From positions 21,577 through 85,576 of the forward strand of contig CAVUWA010000011.1 of NCBI GenBank assembly GCA_963744995.1: 64,000 nt of DNA, given 5' to 3'. Made by a program: the position numbers and the translations under genes. Positions 1 to 8,560 of the stretch are shown here, in pieces. Within the stretch, counting starts at the first letter, position 1, and each line of letters opens with the position of its first letter. The stretch is from Candidatus Eiseniibacteriota bacterium (GTDB taxonomy: Bacteria > Eisenbacteria > RBG-16-71-46). Below the pieces are notes generated by a model that worked only from the letters and a program-made list of their open reading frames with translations, was not told where the DNA came from and did no database searches.

Positions 1-810
1 GCCGCGGGCAGCTACTACTGGGAATTCGTCGGCACGCAGGACGCGATCGCCTCGCCCGGCTACGGCGACCTCGTACCGACGCGGCAGGATTCGAGCAGCG
101 CCGGCACGGCGCTCCACTATTTCCAGGTGGTCGCGCACACGTACAGTACGGAGATCTTCTTCGCCTCGGCCCCCGATAGCGCGTATTCGGTGGACAATCT
201 GGCGCCGGTCGCGCCGATTTCCCTCTCGGCCATGCGCGCCGGCGGGCAGAAGGTCGATCTGATCTGGAGTCCGGGCGATCCCGTAGATACGGATCTCGCC
301 GGGTACCGGATCTACCGCAGTCCGACGCCGGATTTTCCCACCGGTCCCGCTTCGTTTCTGATGGCGGTCTCGGGCGTCACGGCCACGGACGCTGCCGCCA
401 GCCCGGACGTGCAGTGGTACTACAAGGTGGTGGCCGTCGACGTTCACGGCAACCTGAGCGGCGACTCGAACGAGGCGTGGGTCGGGACCGTGACCGCCGT
501 GGAGGATGACATCCCGGCGGTGGCGTCCTTCACCGTGCGGCCGAACACGCCCAATCCGTTCCGCACGTCGTCGGTGATTCGCTTCGGGCTGCCCACGGCC
601 GGCGCGGTGACGTTCGAGATCTACGATGTCGCGGGACATCGCGTCGTCGCGCGCCAGCTGCAGCCGATGGCCGCGGGGTGGCATCGCTACGCGTTCGACA
701 GCCGCGACGATGCCGGCGTGCCGCTGCCGAGCGGCATGTACTTCTACCGTGTGCGCCAGGTGGGCGCGCACACAGCCGGTATCACGCGCAAGATGGTGAT
801 CGAGCGTTAG
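1..810 (+). CDS. Secreted protein, 5'-truncated by the window edge: fibronectin-III-like region plus Por/T9SS-type C-terminal sorting domain
   Basis: The frame is open from nt 1 with no stop before 810. The C-terminus (...FTVRPNTPNPFRTSSVIRFGLPTAGAVTFEIYDVAGHRVV...SGMYFYRV...KMVIER) matches the TIGR04183-like Por secretion tail seen on five other proteins here. Confidence 0.6.
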   Translation, partial: AAGSYYWEFVGTQDAIASPGYGDLVPTRQDSSSAGTALHYFQVVAHTYSTEIFFASAPDSAYSVDNLAPVAPISLSAMRAGGQKVDLIWSPGDPVDTDLAGYRIYRSPTPDFPTGPASFLMAVSGVTATDAAASPDVQWYYKVVAVDVHGNLSGDSNEAWVGTVTAVEDDIPAVASFTVRPNTPNPFRTSSVIRFGLPTAGAVTFEIYDVAGHRVVARQLQPMAAGWHRYAFDSRDDAGVPLPSGMYFYRVRQVGAHTAGITRKMVIER

Positions 811-820
811 GCGGGCGCCC

Positions 821-1484
821 CATGTCCTCGACTCTTCGCATCGTCGTTCTCGCCGCGCTTTTGATCGCCTGCGCCGCGACCGCCGAGGCCCGCAGCGGCT
901 TCTCGTGCGTGATCGACTACGCTCAGACCGTCTCGACCTGCGATCCGTCGCCCGCAACGGGCACCGGGGTGTTCATTCTCAACGACGCGCAGACCGAGCT
1001 GTCGTTCGACATGACGATCGTCGGGCTGCAGGGCACCGAGTCGGCGGCGCACTTCCACGACGCGCCGCCCGGCACGAACGGCGACATCGTCTACTTCCTG
1101 CCGCTCGGCGGACACAAGGCGGGCGTATGGAAGAGCACCGACCCGCTGCCGCTCACGCCCGCGCTGGTGGCCGAGCTGTTCGCTGGGAACATCTACGTGG
1201 TCGTGCACACCAGCTACTGCGGCGCGGGCGAGGTGCGCGGCAACCTGATGTCGAATCCGACCCCCGTGCACGACACGTCCTGGGGGCGGCTGAAGGCGCT
1301 GTACCGGCGCGCCCCGGGTGCGGTCCGCCACGCGGTGCCGGCAAGGGGAGTCTGCGGCGGGGACGCGTCAGGGCCGGGCGCGCCGTTCCGCGTGCGCCTG
1401 TCGAACCCCGCTTCTCCAGCGGCCGCCGGGTGCTACGTGACGTCGCCGCCCTGGGCGCGCCCCGCCCCTGAAAAATCCTTCTGA
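821..1484 (+). CDS. CHRD-domain secreted protein
   Basis: It has a signal peptide (MSSTLRIVVLAALLIACAATAEA). The block AHFHDAPPGTNGDIVYFL...GNIYVVVHTSYCGAGEVRGNL is CHRD-like. Confidence 0.55.
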
Positions 1485-1634
1485 GACGATCGATCACCCG
1501 CTAGAATGGCCCCTGCCGGACCCCCTTCGGAGGCGGGTGACCGACGCTGATTGGTTCCTGACGCCAGCTCGTGGATCCTGCCTTCATCCGCCGCGGGCCA
1601 TGCGTCCCCGTTCCGTTCCCCCACGGAGGCCGTC

Positions 1635-4600
1635 ATGCGCGCCCTGCTCACAGCGCTCTTCCTCGCAATCGTCCCCGTTTCCGCTTTCGCTCAGACGGTC
1701 GTCATCACCGGCAACATCACGACCGACACGACCTGGGGTCCTACCGGCACCGTGGTGGGCGACGTCTTCTGGCTGCAGAGCAGCGTCACGATCAACGCCG
1801 GGGTCACCCTTACCATTCAGCCCGGCGTGATCGTGAAATCCGACCTCAGCCGCCTGATCACGGTGAACGGCACCCTCTCGGCCGTGGGCACCTCGGGCAA
1901 CGAGATCATCTTCACCTCGATCCGCGACGATGTCGGCGGTGACACCAACGCGGACGGCAACGCTTCGATTCCGGCGGCCTCCAACTGGTACGGCATCAAG
2001 TTCAACGACGCGGCGACCGATGCGAGCGTGCTCGACTACTGCGACGTCCGCTACGCGGGGGCCGGCAACGGGGGCGCGCTCACGTTCGTGAGCAACTCGA
2101 GCTCGGTCACCAACTCGTTCGTTCGCGCCTCGTACTACGGCGTGGACTGCCAGGGCACGGCGGCCCCGGCGCTCACCAACACCACCATCGAGGCTTCGAC
2201 CCAGACGCCCATCGTGCTCGATTTCACCGCGACGCCGGTGCTGAGCAGTCTCGTCTTCTCGAGCGCCAACAACGGCTACGACGCCTTCGGCGTCCGCGGC
2301 GGGACGCTGTCCAGCGTGGCCACGCTGCCGCAGCGCGGCGCCACCGTCGGCGTGAACCCGATCAGCAACGTGACGTACGTGCTGCTGTCGAGTCTGATCA
2401 TCGCCTCCGGCGGCAGCCTCACGATCGACCCGGGCGTCGTCATCAAGCCGATCAGCGGGACGATCACCGTCAATTCGGGCGGCAACCTGACGATGAACGG
2501 CACGGCCGCCGTGGGCGACACCATCACGATCACTTCCATTCACGACGACAACTTCGGGCTGCCGAACGATACCGACAACAACGGCTCGATCGAGGCCCCC
2601 GCCCCCGGCAACTGGGGCCGCATCGTCTACAACCAGGGCGCCACCGGCTCCATCCAGCACTGCCGTCTCAAGTTCGGATCCAACAACGACAGCCAGGGCC
2701 TGATCGAGATGAGCAACACGTCCGTCGACGTCTCGAACGCGCTGCTCAGCGACGCCGCACACGGACTCGCGATCCTCGGCACCGCCGCACCGACCATCAG
2801 CGACGTCACGATTCAGAACTGCACCAGCACGCCCACGTTCGAGTCGGTCTCGGCGAACGCCGTCTATTCGAACATCACGTTCATCGCCAACGCGATCACC
2901 GCGATCGGCCTGAAGGGCGAGACGGTGGCCGTCGATTCGCGGATTCCGGTGCGCAGCCTGGCGGGTTACGACAACATCACCTACTACGTGATGAAGGGCG
3001 CCATCACGATGCAGAGCCCTGCGATCCTCACGATCGATCCCGGCATCGTCGTGAAGAACGAGCTGGTCGGCGGCGGGTTCGTCATCGACGGCGGGCTCGT
3101 CGCCGACGGCAAGCCGGACAGCCTGATCGTCTTCACGTCCGTGCGCAACGACCTCTACGGCAACCCCGCCGATACGAACGGCGACGGCTCGACCACGACG
3201 CCCACCACGGCGAACTGGGGCGCCATCCATTTCACCGCGACCAGCAACGACGCCGTGAGCAAGATGAACTACTGCCGCATCACCTATGGCTCGTACCTCG
3301 GCGGCAACTCCTGGCCGAGCAATCTGTGGATCACGAGCGCCAACACCCCCGTCACGAACTGCATCATCGAACACGGCTCCTACGGCATCCGCATCGACGG
3401 CAACGCCGCGCCGCTGATCGACCAGAACAGCATCAACAACTGCTCGAACGCGCCCATCGTGATGTCGGCGGCCTCCGACCCCAACATCACCGTGAACAAC
3501 TCGTACTCGACGAACGGCTACAACGCGCTGGCGCTGATCTCGGAGACGCTCGCGCAGGACTCGCGGCTCAAGTACCGCCCCGGGGTCGGGTCGCCGACGT
3601 TCGCCTACCTGCCCACGGGCACGATCACGATCGGCAGCGGCGTCACGCTCTCGATCGACCCTCAGGTGGTCATCAAGCCGAGCAGCAGTTTCAACGTCTT
3701 CAACGTCGACGGAGCGCTCAACATCGTCGGTTCCAATTCGACGACGGGACGGGTGATCTTCACCTCGCGCCGTGACGACAACCCGCAATACGGTGGAGAC
3801 ACGACCCCGAACGACGCCAACACGCCGCAGGCCGGCGACTGGGGCTCGATCCAGTTCGACGACACGAGCGTCGACGCGGCCTGCGTGGTGAGGAACTGTC
3901 TCTTCCAGTTCGGCGCCTCGGGCGGCCACGATCAGGGCGTGCTCACCACCGTGAGCGCCAGCCCGCGCTTCGCCGGAAACGAGTTCTTCCAGAACAAGAC
4001 GGCCATGACGTTCAAGGCCAATTCACAGCCGACGGTGGATTCGACGGCGATCCTCAACTGTACGCAGCTGCCCCTCGTGTGGTCGCTGGTGAGCGATCCG
4101 CAGTTCCCGAACCCGGGCAACATCACGTTCGCGAACAACGCCTATGCGGCGCTGGGCATCCTCGGTGAAACCGTCGCGCAGGACGTGACGACGCGAGTCC
4201 GGGGCCTCGACGTATTCGACAACCTGCCCTACTCCCCGACCGGCACGATCACCATCGACTTCGGCGCGAAGTGGACCATCGCGCCCGGCGTGGTGGTCAA
4301 GCTCGGGCGGCCCTACTACGACCCCATCGGCGTCGCGATCAACATCAACGGGGCGCTCGTCGCCGACGGCAAGCCCGACAGCCTGATCGTGTTCACCTCG
4401 ATGGCGGACGACGCGTTCGGCGGCGACACGCAGGGCGACGGCGCCCTGACCCAGCCCGCCGCGGGGAACTGGAGCGGTATCACGTTCAGCGCGATCAGCA
4501 ACGACGCCGCCACGGTGGTCGACGAGTGCCGTATTCGCTATGCGGGCTACGCGGGCAGCGGCGGGATCACCTTCACGAATTCCGGACCGACGCTCAGCAA

Positions 4601-6398
4601 CACCTGGGTCACGGCGACGTCCGGTGAAGGGGTGGACATCGAAGGGGCCTCCACTCCGACGTTCACCAACTGCTTCTTCGACTCGTCCACGACCGTTCCG
4701 GTGCAGATGTCCCTCGTGAGCAATCCGACGTTCAACAACGTCCAGTTCCTCGGCAACACGTATACGGCGCTCGGCATCACCGCCGAGAGCATCGCGCAGG
4801 ACGTGCTGTGGCCGATTCGCTCCGTATCGGGACGCAACAACATGCCCTACCTGCTGCAGGGGCAGCTCGTGACGGGCCTCGGCGCGACCGTGACGATCCA
4901 GCCGGGGGTCATCATCAAGGGCACGGGGAGCGCCGGCATCAGGATTCAGCGGGCGTTCATCGCCGAGGGGCGTACGCAGCCCGAGAGCCTCATCGTGTTC
5001 ACGTCGTACCGGGACGACTTCTACGGTGGCGACACCAACAACGACGGTACCGCCACGGCCCCGGCCGCGGGCAACTGGGGCTCGGTCTGGGTGGACGGCA
5101 CCGCCATCGATCCCGAGGTGCGGTTCAAGGACTGCGTGTTCCGCTACGGCGGATCCGGCACGACGCAGGGCGTTCTGCGCGCCGTGAACTCGTCGCCGAG
5201 CGTCGACTCCTGCACGTTCGCCTACAACTCGGTGGGTGTCTCGGTAGAGGGCGCCAGCAACCCGACGGTCCACGGGTCGAGCATCTACGGCAACACCTAC
5301 TACGCGATCAACAACACCGGGAATTCCTTCTGCGTGAACGCGGAAGGCAACTGGTGGGGCGACGCGAGCGGGCCCAGCGACGCGAGCGCGACGGCCGACC
5401 TCTGCGGACTCGGCGCGAACGCGGGCTCGGGCGACATCGTGAGCAACAACGTCGACTACTCCCCGTGGGCGACGTCGGGCATCCAGAATCCGCTGCTCGG
5501 CGACGTGAGCCTGAACGGGCAGGTGCTCGCCTACGACGCTTCGCTGGTGCTGCAGAGCACCGCACTGCTCATCACGCTGAATCCGCTTCAGGAACTGGTC
5601 GGCGACGTGAGCGGCTCCGCCGGGGTCACGGCATTCGACGCGTCGCTGATTCTGCAGTACGTGGCAGGCCTCATCCCGGCCTTCCCCGCGGCCAGCAACA
5701 CTGCGCACCAGGCGCCCATCGATGCGCTGGCGGCGCAGCGCGTGCTGGAGCAGGCGCGCGGCGAGTTCCAGGTGTCTCTGGGCGAGCCGGTGCGCGACGG
5801 CGGCGACTGGCTGGTGCCGGTGCACGTCACGGGCATGGCGCCCGTCTACTCGATCGAGCTGCGCATGTCGGGCGCGACGGCGGCCGGGCTGCAGAGCGTG
5901 CAGACGGCGGCGGGCAGCGCCTTCGAGGCGCACGGGGCCGGCAGCAGCGTGGCGCGCGTGGCCATCGCCTCTGCGGAAGCCATGCTGGACGGCGACGTGG
6001 CGACGCTGCGCTTCACCGGCGGCGACGACTGGACGGCGCCCGCGCTGGCGTGGGCGCGCGTCAACGAGAACGAGGCCGGTCCCACCGCGGTGCCCGGACC
6101 GGCAGCGCCGGCGATCTCGTTCATCGCACCCCCTGCGCCGAATCCGGCGGGCGGCTCGGTGCGCTTCACGCTCGGCATCTCCGCCGATGACGCGGGCGCG
6201 CCGGTGCGTATCGCCGTCTACGACCTCGCCGGCCGCGTGGCGCGGGTGCTGCACGACGGTCCGCTTCCGGCCGGGATCCGGCCGTTCACCTGGAACCTGT
6301 CGGGCGCCGGCGGCGCCCGCCTGGCGCCGGGCATCTACCTGATCCGCGCGCGAACGCGCACGCAGGAGAAGACGCAGCGTCTCGTGGTGGTTCGCTGA
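1635..6398 (+). CDS. Giant secreted parallel beta-helix repeat protein (about 1587 aa) with dockerin, cohesin-like module and Por/T9SS-type C-terminal domain
   Basis: A GGAGG sits 5 nt before the ATG at 1635, followed by a signal peptide (MRALLTALFLAIVPVSAFA). The protein has many repeated right-handed beta-helix (PbH1-like) units, each ending ...IVFTS.RDD..GGDTN.DG.... The dockerin duplicate is GDVSLNGQVLAYDASLVLQ / GDVSGSAGVTAFDASLILQYVAGL. A cohesin-like block follows. The C-terminus reads ...FTLGISADDAGAPVRIAVYDLAGRVARVL...GIYLIRAR...RLVVVR. Confidence 0.75.
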   Translation: MRALLTALFLAIVPVSAFAQTVVITGNITTDTTWGPTGTVVGDVFWLQSSVTINAGVTLTIQPGVIVKSDLSRLITVNGTLSAVGTSGNEIIFTSIRDDVGGDTNADGNASIPAASNWYGIKFNDAATDASVLDYCDVRYAGAGNGGALTFVSNSSSVTNSFVRASYYGVDCQGTAAPALTNTTIEASTQTPIVLDFTATPVLSSLVFSSANNGYDAFGVRGGTLSSVATLPQRGATVGVNPISNVTYVLLSSLIIASGGSLTIDPGVVIKPISGTITVNSGGNLTMNGTAAVGDTITITSIHDDNFGLPNDTDNNGSIEAPAPGNWGRIVYNQGATGSIQHCRLKFGSNNDSQGLIEMSNTSVDVSNALLSDAAHGLAILGTAAPTISDVTIQNCTSTPTFESVSANAVYSNITFIANAITAIGLKGETVAVDSRIPVRSLAGYDNITYYVMKGAITMQSPAILTIDPGIVVKNELVGGGFVIDGGLVADGKPDSLIVFTSVRNDLYGNPADTNGDGSTTTPTTANWGAIHFTATSNDAVSKMNYCRITYGSYLGGNSWPSNLWITSANTPVTNCIIEHGSYGIRIDGNAAPLIDQNSINNCSNAPIVMSAASDPNITVNNSYSTNGYNALALISETLAQDSRLKYRPGVGSPTFAYLPTGTITIGSGVTLSIDPQVVIKPSSSFNVFNVDGALNIVGSNSTTGRVIFTSRRDDNPQYGGDTTPNDANTPQAGDWGSIQFDDTSVDAACVVRNCLFQFGASGGHDQGVLTTVSASPRFAGNEFFQNKTAMTFKANSQPTVDSTAILNCTQLPLVWSLVSDPQFPNPGNITFANNAYAALGILGETVAQDVTTRVRGLDVFDNLPYSPTGTITIDFGAKWTIAPGVVVKLGRPYYDPIGVAININGALVADGKPDSLIVFTSMADDAFGGDTQGDGALTQPAAGNWSGITFSAISNDAATVVDECRIRYAGYAGSGGITFTNSGPTLSNTWVTATSGEGVDIEGASTPTFTNCFFDSSTTVPVQMSLVSNPTFNNVQFLGNTYTALGITAESIAQDVLWPIRSVSGRNNMPYLLQGQLVTGLGATVTIQPGVIIKGTGSAGIRIQRAFIAEGRTQPESLIVFTSYRDDFYGGDTNNDGTATAPAAGNWGSVWVDGTAIDPEVRFKDCVFRYGGSGTTQGVLRAVNSSPSVDSCTFAYNSVGVSVEGASNPTVHGSSIYGNTYYAINNTGNSFCVNAEGNWWGDASGPSDASATADLCGLGANAGSGDIVSNNVDYSPWATSGIQNPLLGDVSLNGQVLAYDASLVLQSTALLITLNPLQELVGDVSGSAGVTAFDASLILQYVAGLIPAFPAASNTAHQAPIDALAAQRVLEQARGEFQVSLGEPVRDGGDWLVPVHVTGMAPVYSIELRMSGATAAGLQSVQTAAGSAFEAHGAGSSVARVAIASAEAMLDGDVATLRFTGGDDWTAPALAWARVNENEAGPTAVPGPAAPAISFIAPPAPNPAGGSVRFTLGISADDAGAPVRIAVYDLAGRVARVLHDGPLPAGIRPFTWNLSGAGGARLAPGIYLIRARTRTQEKTQRLVVVR

Positions 6399-6424
6399 CG
6401 GCCCCGGTCCGGAGGAGGAGCGAC

Positions 6425-8467
6425 ATGCGCTCAACCCTGTCGGCCGGGTTCGTCCCGGTCATGCTGGTGGCCCTCGCCGCCACGATGGCCCGTCCCGCGG
6501 CGGCCGTGACGATCACGGCCGGAACCGCGGCGGGCGTGTACGCCGGTCAGACGGTGGACGTCAACGTCACCACCGACGATCTGACCGGGCTCGGCATCTA
6601 CTCGTACCAGTTCACGATGACGTTCAACTCCATCTACGTCAGCCTGACCGACGTGATCGAGGCGGGCACGCTCACCGGCAACGCCGGATGGGGCGACGCG
6701 ACGTTCAATGCGGGCACCGGCACGGTCACGGTGAGCCATGCCGGCGCGACCGCGCTGACGGGATCCGGAACGCTGCTCACGCTGCGCTTCCTGGTGAACC
6801 CTGCCGCGCTCTCAGGCGGATACACGGCCCTCAGCTGGCAGAGCTTCCTGTTCAACGAGGGATCGCCGGCCCCCACGAAGGTGGCCGGATCCATCACGAT
6901 CTCGGCGACGCCCACGATCAGCGTCTCGCCGAACACCGGCGAGGTGCTGGTCGGGGAGAACCTCGCCTTTTCGGTCGGCGGCTCCGTCACGAATCCGGTC
7001 ACCTGGGGCACCACCGACGGGTCGGTCGCCACGATCTCCCCCACGGGCGTGCTGACCGGCGTGGCCCCCGGCGCCGTTCGCGTGTTTGCGGTGGATGCCG
7101 CGTCCCGGCGCGACACGACCAACGGCGACATCGTCGTGCGCGCCGCGCGCGTCACGGTGGGCAGCGGCGGCGCCTATCAGGGCCAGTCCGTCACGGTGCC
7201 GGTCACGGTGACGGATCTGACCGGCCTCGGCGTGCGCTCGGGGCAGGTCAGGGTCTCGTTCAACGCGAACCTCCTCACGGCCACCGGCGTGACCACCTCG
7301 GGCACGCTGCTCGACGGGTACGGCCCGGCGCTGTTCGGAACCACGCCGGGCAATCTGGTCGTCGACTTCGCCGGCGCGACCGACCTCGCAGGTTCGGGCG
7401 TGCTGTGCAATCTGAACTTCGACGCGACGCCGCTCTACTCGGGCAGCACGATTCTCACGCTGACCGAGGCGCTGTTCAACGAAGAGCCGGCGATCCGGGC
7501 GAACGGCTTGTTCACCGTGAATTCGCTGCCCACGATCGCGGTCACGCCCGACAACGTCACGCTGCTCGCCGGCCAGACGCAGCAGTTCCTCGCCGGCGGG
7601 AGTCCCGTGCTTCCGATTACCTGGAGCACCCTCGACCCCGCGGTGGCGACGATCGATCCGAGCGGTCTGCTCACGGCGCAGGCCGGCGGCGTCACCCGGG
7701 TGCAGGCGACCGACGACATCGGCGCCACGGACCTGAATACCGCGGTCACCGTGTACGACTTCCGCGTCTGGCCGGACACGGTCGAAGCCGCTCCGGGCGA
7801 CACGGTGACGGTGCTCCTGCGCCTCGATCGAAGCGTCGCCGGGCTCGGGGTCTACTCGACCCAGTACACGGTCGCCTACAACCCCATGTGGATCACCGGG
7901 ACCGGCGTCTCGTCCACCGGGGTCATGAGCGCGTGGGGCGCGCCGGCCGTGAACCCGCAGAACGGGCAGCTCATCGTGGCGGGGGCGGGAAGCTCGCCGC
8001 TCGGAGCCGGGACGACGCTGCACGCCGTGCGCTTCGCCGTGTCGCCATCGGCGCCGCTCGGAACGAACGTACCGTTCACGCTCAGCCCGTTCATGTGCAA
8101 CGAGGGAACACCCTCGGCGCAGACGGGCCCGGGGATGATCAAGATCGTCGCGAACGTCGGCGTACCCGCACCCACTGCCCGGGGCGGCCTCTGGCTCGCG
8201 AGCGTGCGGCCCAATCCCGCACGGGGAAACGCTCACTTCGCGTTCTCGCTGCCCGGGCCGGGTGCGACGCGCGTGCGGCTCGCCGTCTATTCGGCGAGCG
8301 GCCGCCGCGTGCACACGCTGGTCGAGGGCTCGCTGGAGCCGGGTCTCCATCAGGTCGAGTGGAATCTGCACGACCGCTCGGGTCACGGAGTGGCACCCGG
8401 TCTCTACTTCACGGTCCTCGAGTGGGACGGCGGGAGGCTCACGCAGAAGTTCGCGACCGTACGCTGA
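6425..8467 (+). CDS. Scaffoldin-like secreted protein: three cohesin-like modules alternating with Big_2 (bacterial Ig-like) domains, plus Por/T9SS-type C-terminal domain
   Basis: It has a signal peptide. Three paralogous modules of about 130 aa begin VTITAGTAAGVYAGQTVDVNVTTDDLTGLGIYSYQF..., VTVGSGGAYQGQSVTVPVTVTDLTGLGVRSGQVRVSF... and FRVWPDTVEAAPGDTVTVLLRLDRSVAGLGVYSTQYTV.... Each is followed by a Big_2-like unit (...PVTWGTTDGSVATISPTGVLTGVAPGAVRVFAVD). The C-terminus reads LWLASVRPNPARGNAHFAFSLPGPGATRVRLAVYSASGRRV...GLYFTVLEW...KFATVR. Confidence 0.7.
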   Translation: MRSTLSAGFVPVMLVALAATMARPAAAVTITAGTAAGVYAGQTVDVNVTTDDLTGLGIYSYQFTMTFNSIYVSLTDVIEAGTLTGNAGWGDATFNAGTGTVTVSHAGATALTGSGTLLTLRFLVNPAALSGGYTALSWQSFLFNEGSPAPTKVAGSITISATPTISVSPNTGEVLVGENLAFSVGGSVTNPVTWGTTDGSVATISPTGVLTGVAPGAVRVFAVDAASRRDTTNGDIVVRAARVTVGSGGAYQGQSVTVPVTVTDLTGLGVRSGQVRVSFNANLLTATGVTTSGTLLDGYGPALFGTTPGNLVVDFAGATDLAGSGVLCNLNFDATPLYSGSTILTLTEALFNEEPAIRANGLFTVNSLPTIAVTPDNVTLLAGQTQQFLAGGSPVLPITWSTLDPAVATIDPSGLLTAQAGGVTRVQATDDIGATDLNTAVTVYDFRVWPDTVEAAPGDTVTVLLRLDRSVAGLGVYSTQYTVAYNPMWITGTGVSSTGVMSAWGAPAVNPQNGQLIVAGAGSSPLGAGTTLHAVRFAVSPSAPLGTNVPFTLSPFMCNEGTPSAQTGPGMIKIVANVGVPAPTARGGLWLASVRPNPARGNAHFAFSLPGPGATRVRLAVYSASGRRVHTLVEGSLEPGLHQVEWNLHDRSGHGVAPGLYFTVLEWDGGRLTQKFATVR

Positions 8468-8519
8468 GGGCATGCCCGCGCGCCGGATTCCCCGGGCGGC
8501 GCGCGATCGATTCGAATGC

Positions 8520-8551
8520 GGTCCGTCGCGAAGTTCCGTTCGCGACGGACC
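8520..8551. terminator. Bidirectional terminator hairpin between convergent genes
   Basis: GGTCCGTCGCGAA-gttccg-TTCGCGACGGACC forms a perfect 13-bp stem with a 6-nt loop. It lies between the stops at 8467 (+) and 8561 (-). Confidence 0.5.
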
Positions 8552-8560
8552 GCTTCGACT

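Noticed and set aside
1584-8473. Long antisense or alternative-frame ORFs inside the beta-helix and scaffoldin genes (1584-3929 minus, 4023-6434 minus, 4808-6190 plus, 6688-8577 plus, 6812-8473 minus)
   Set aside because: These are high-GC shadow ORFs with Arg/Gly/Asp-rich low-complexity translations and no domain signatures. The sense frames show ordered repeats, signal peptides and conserved tails.
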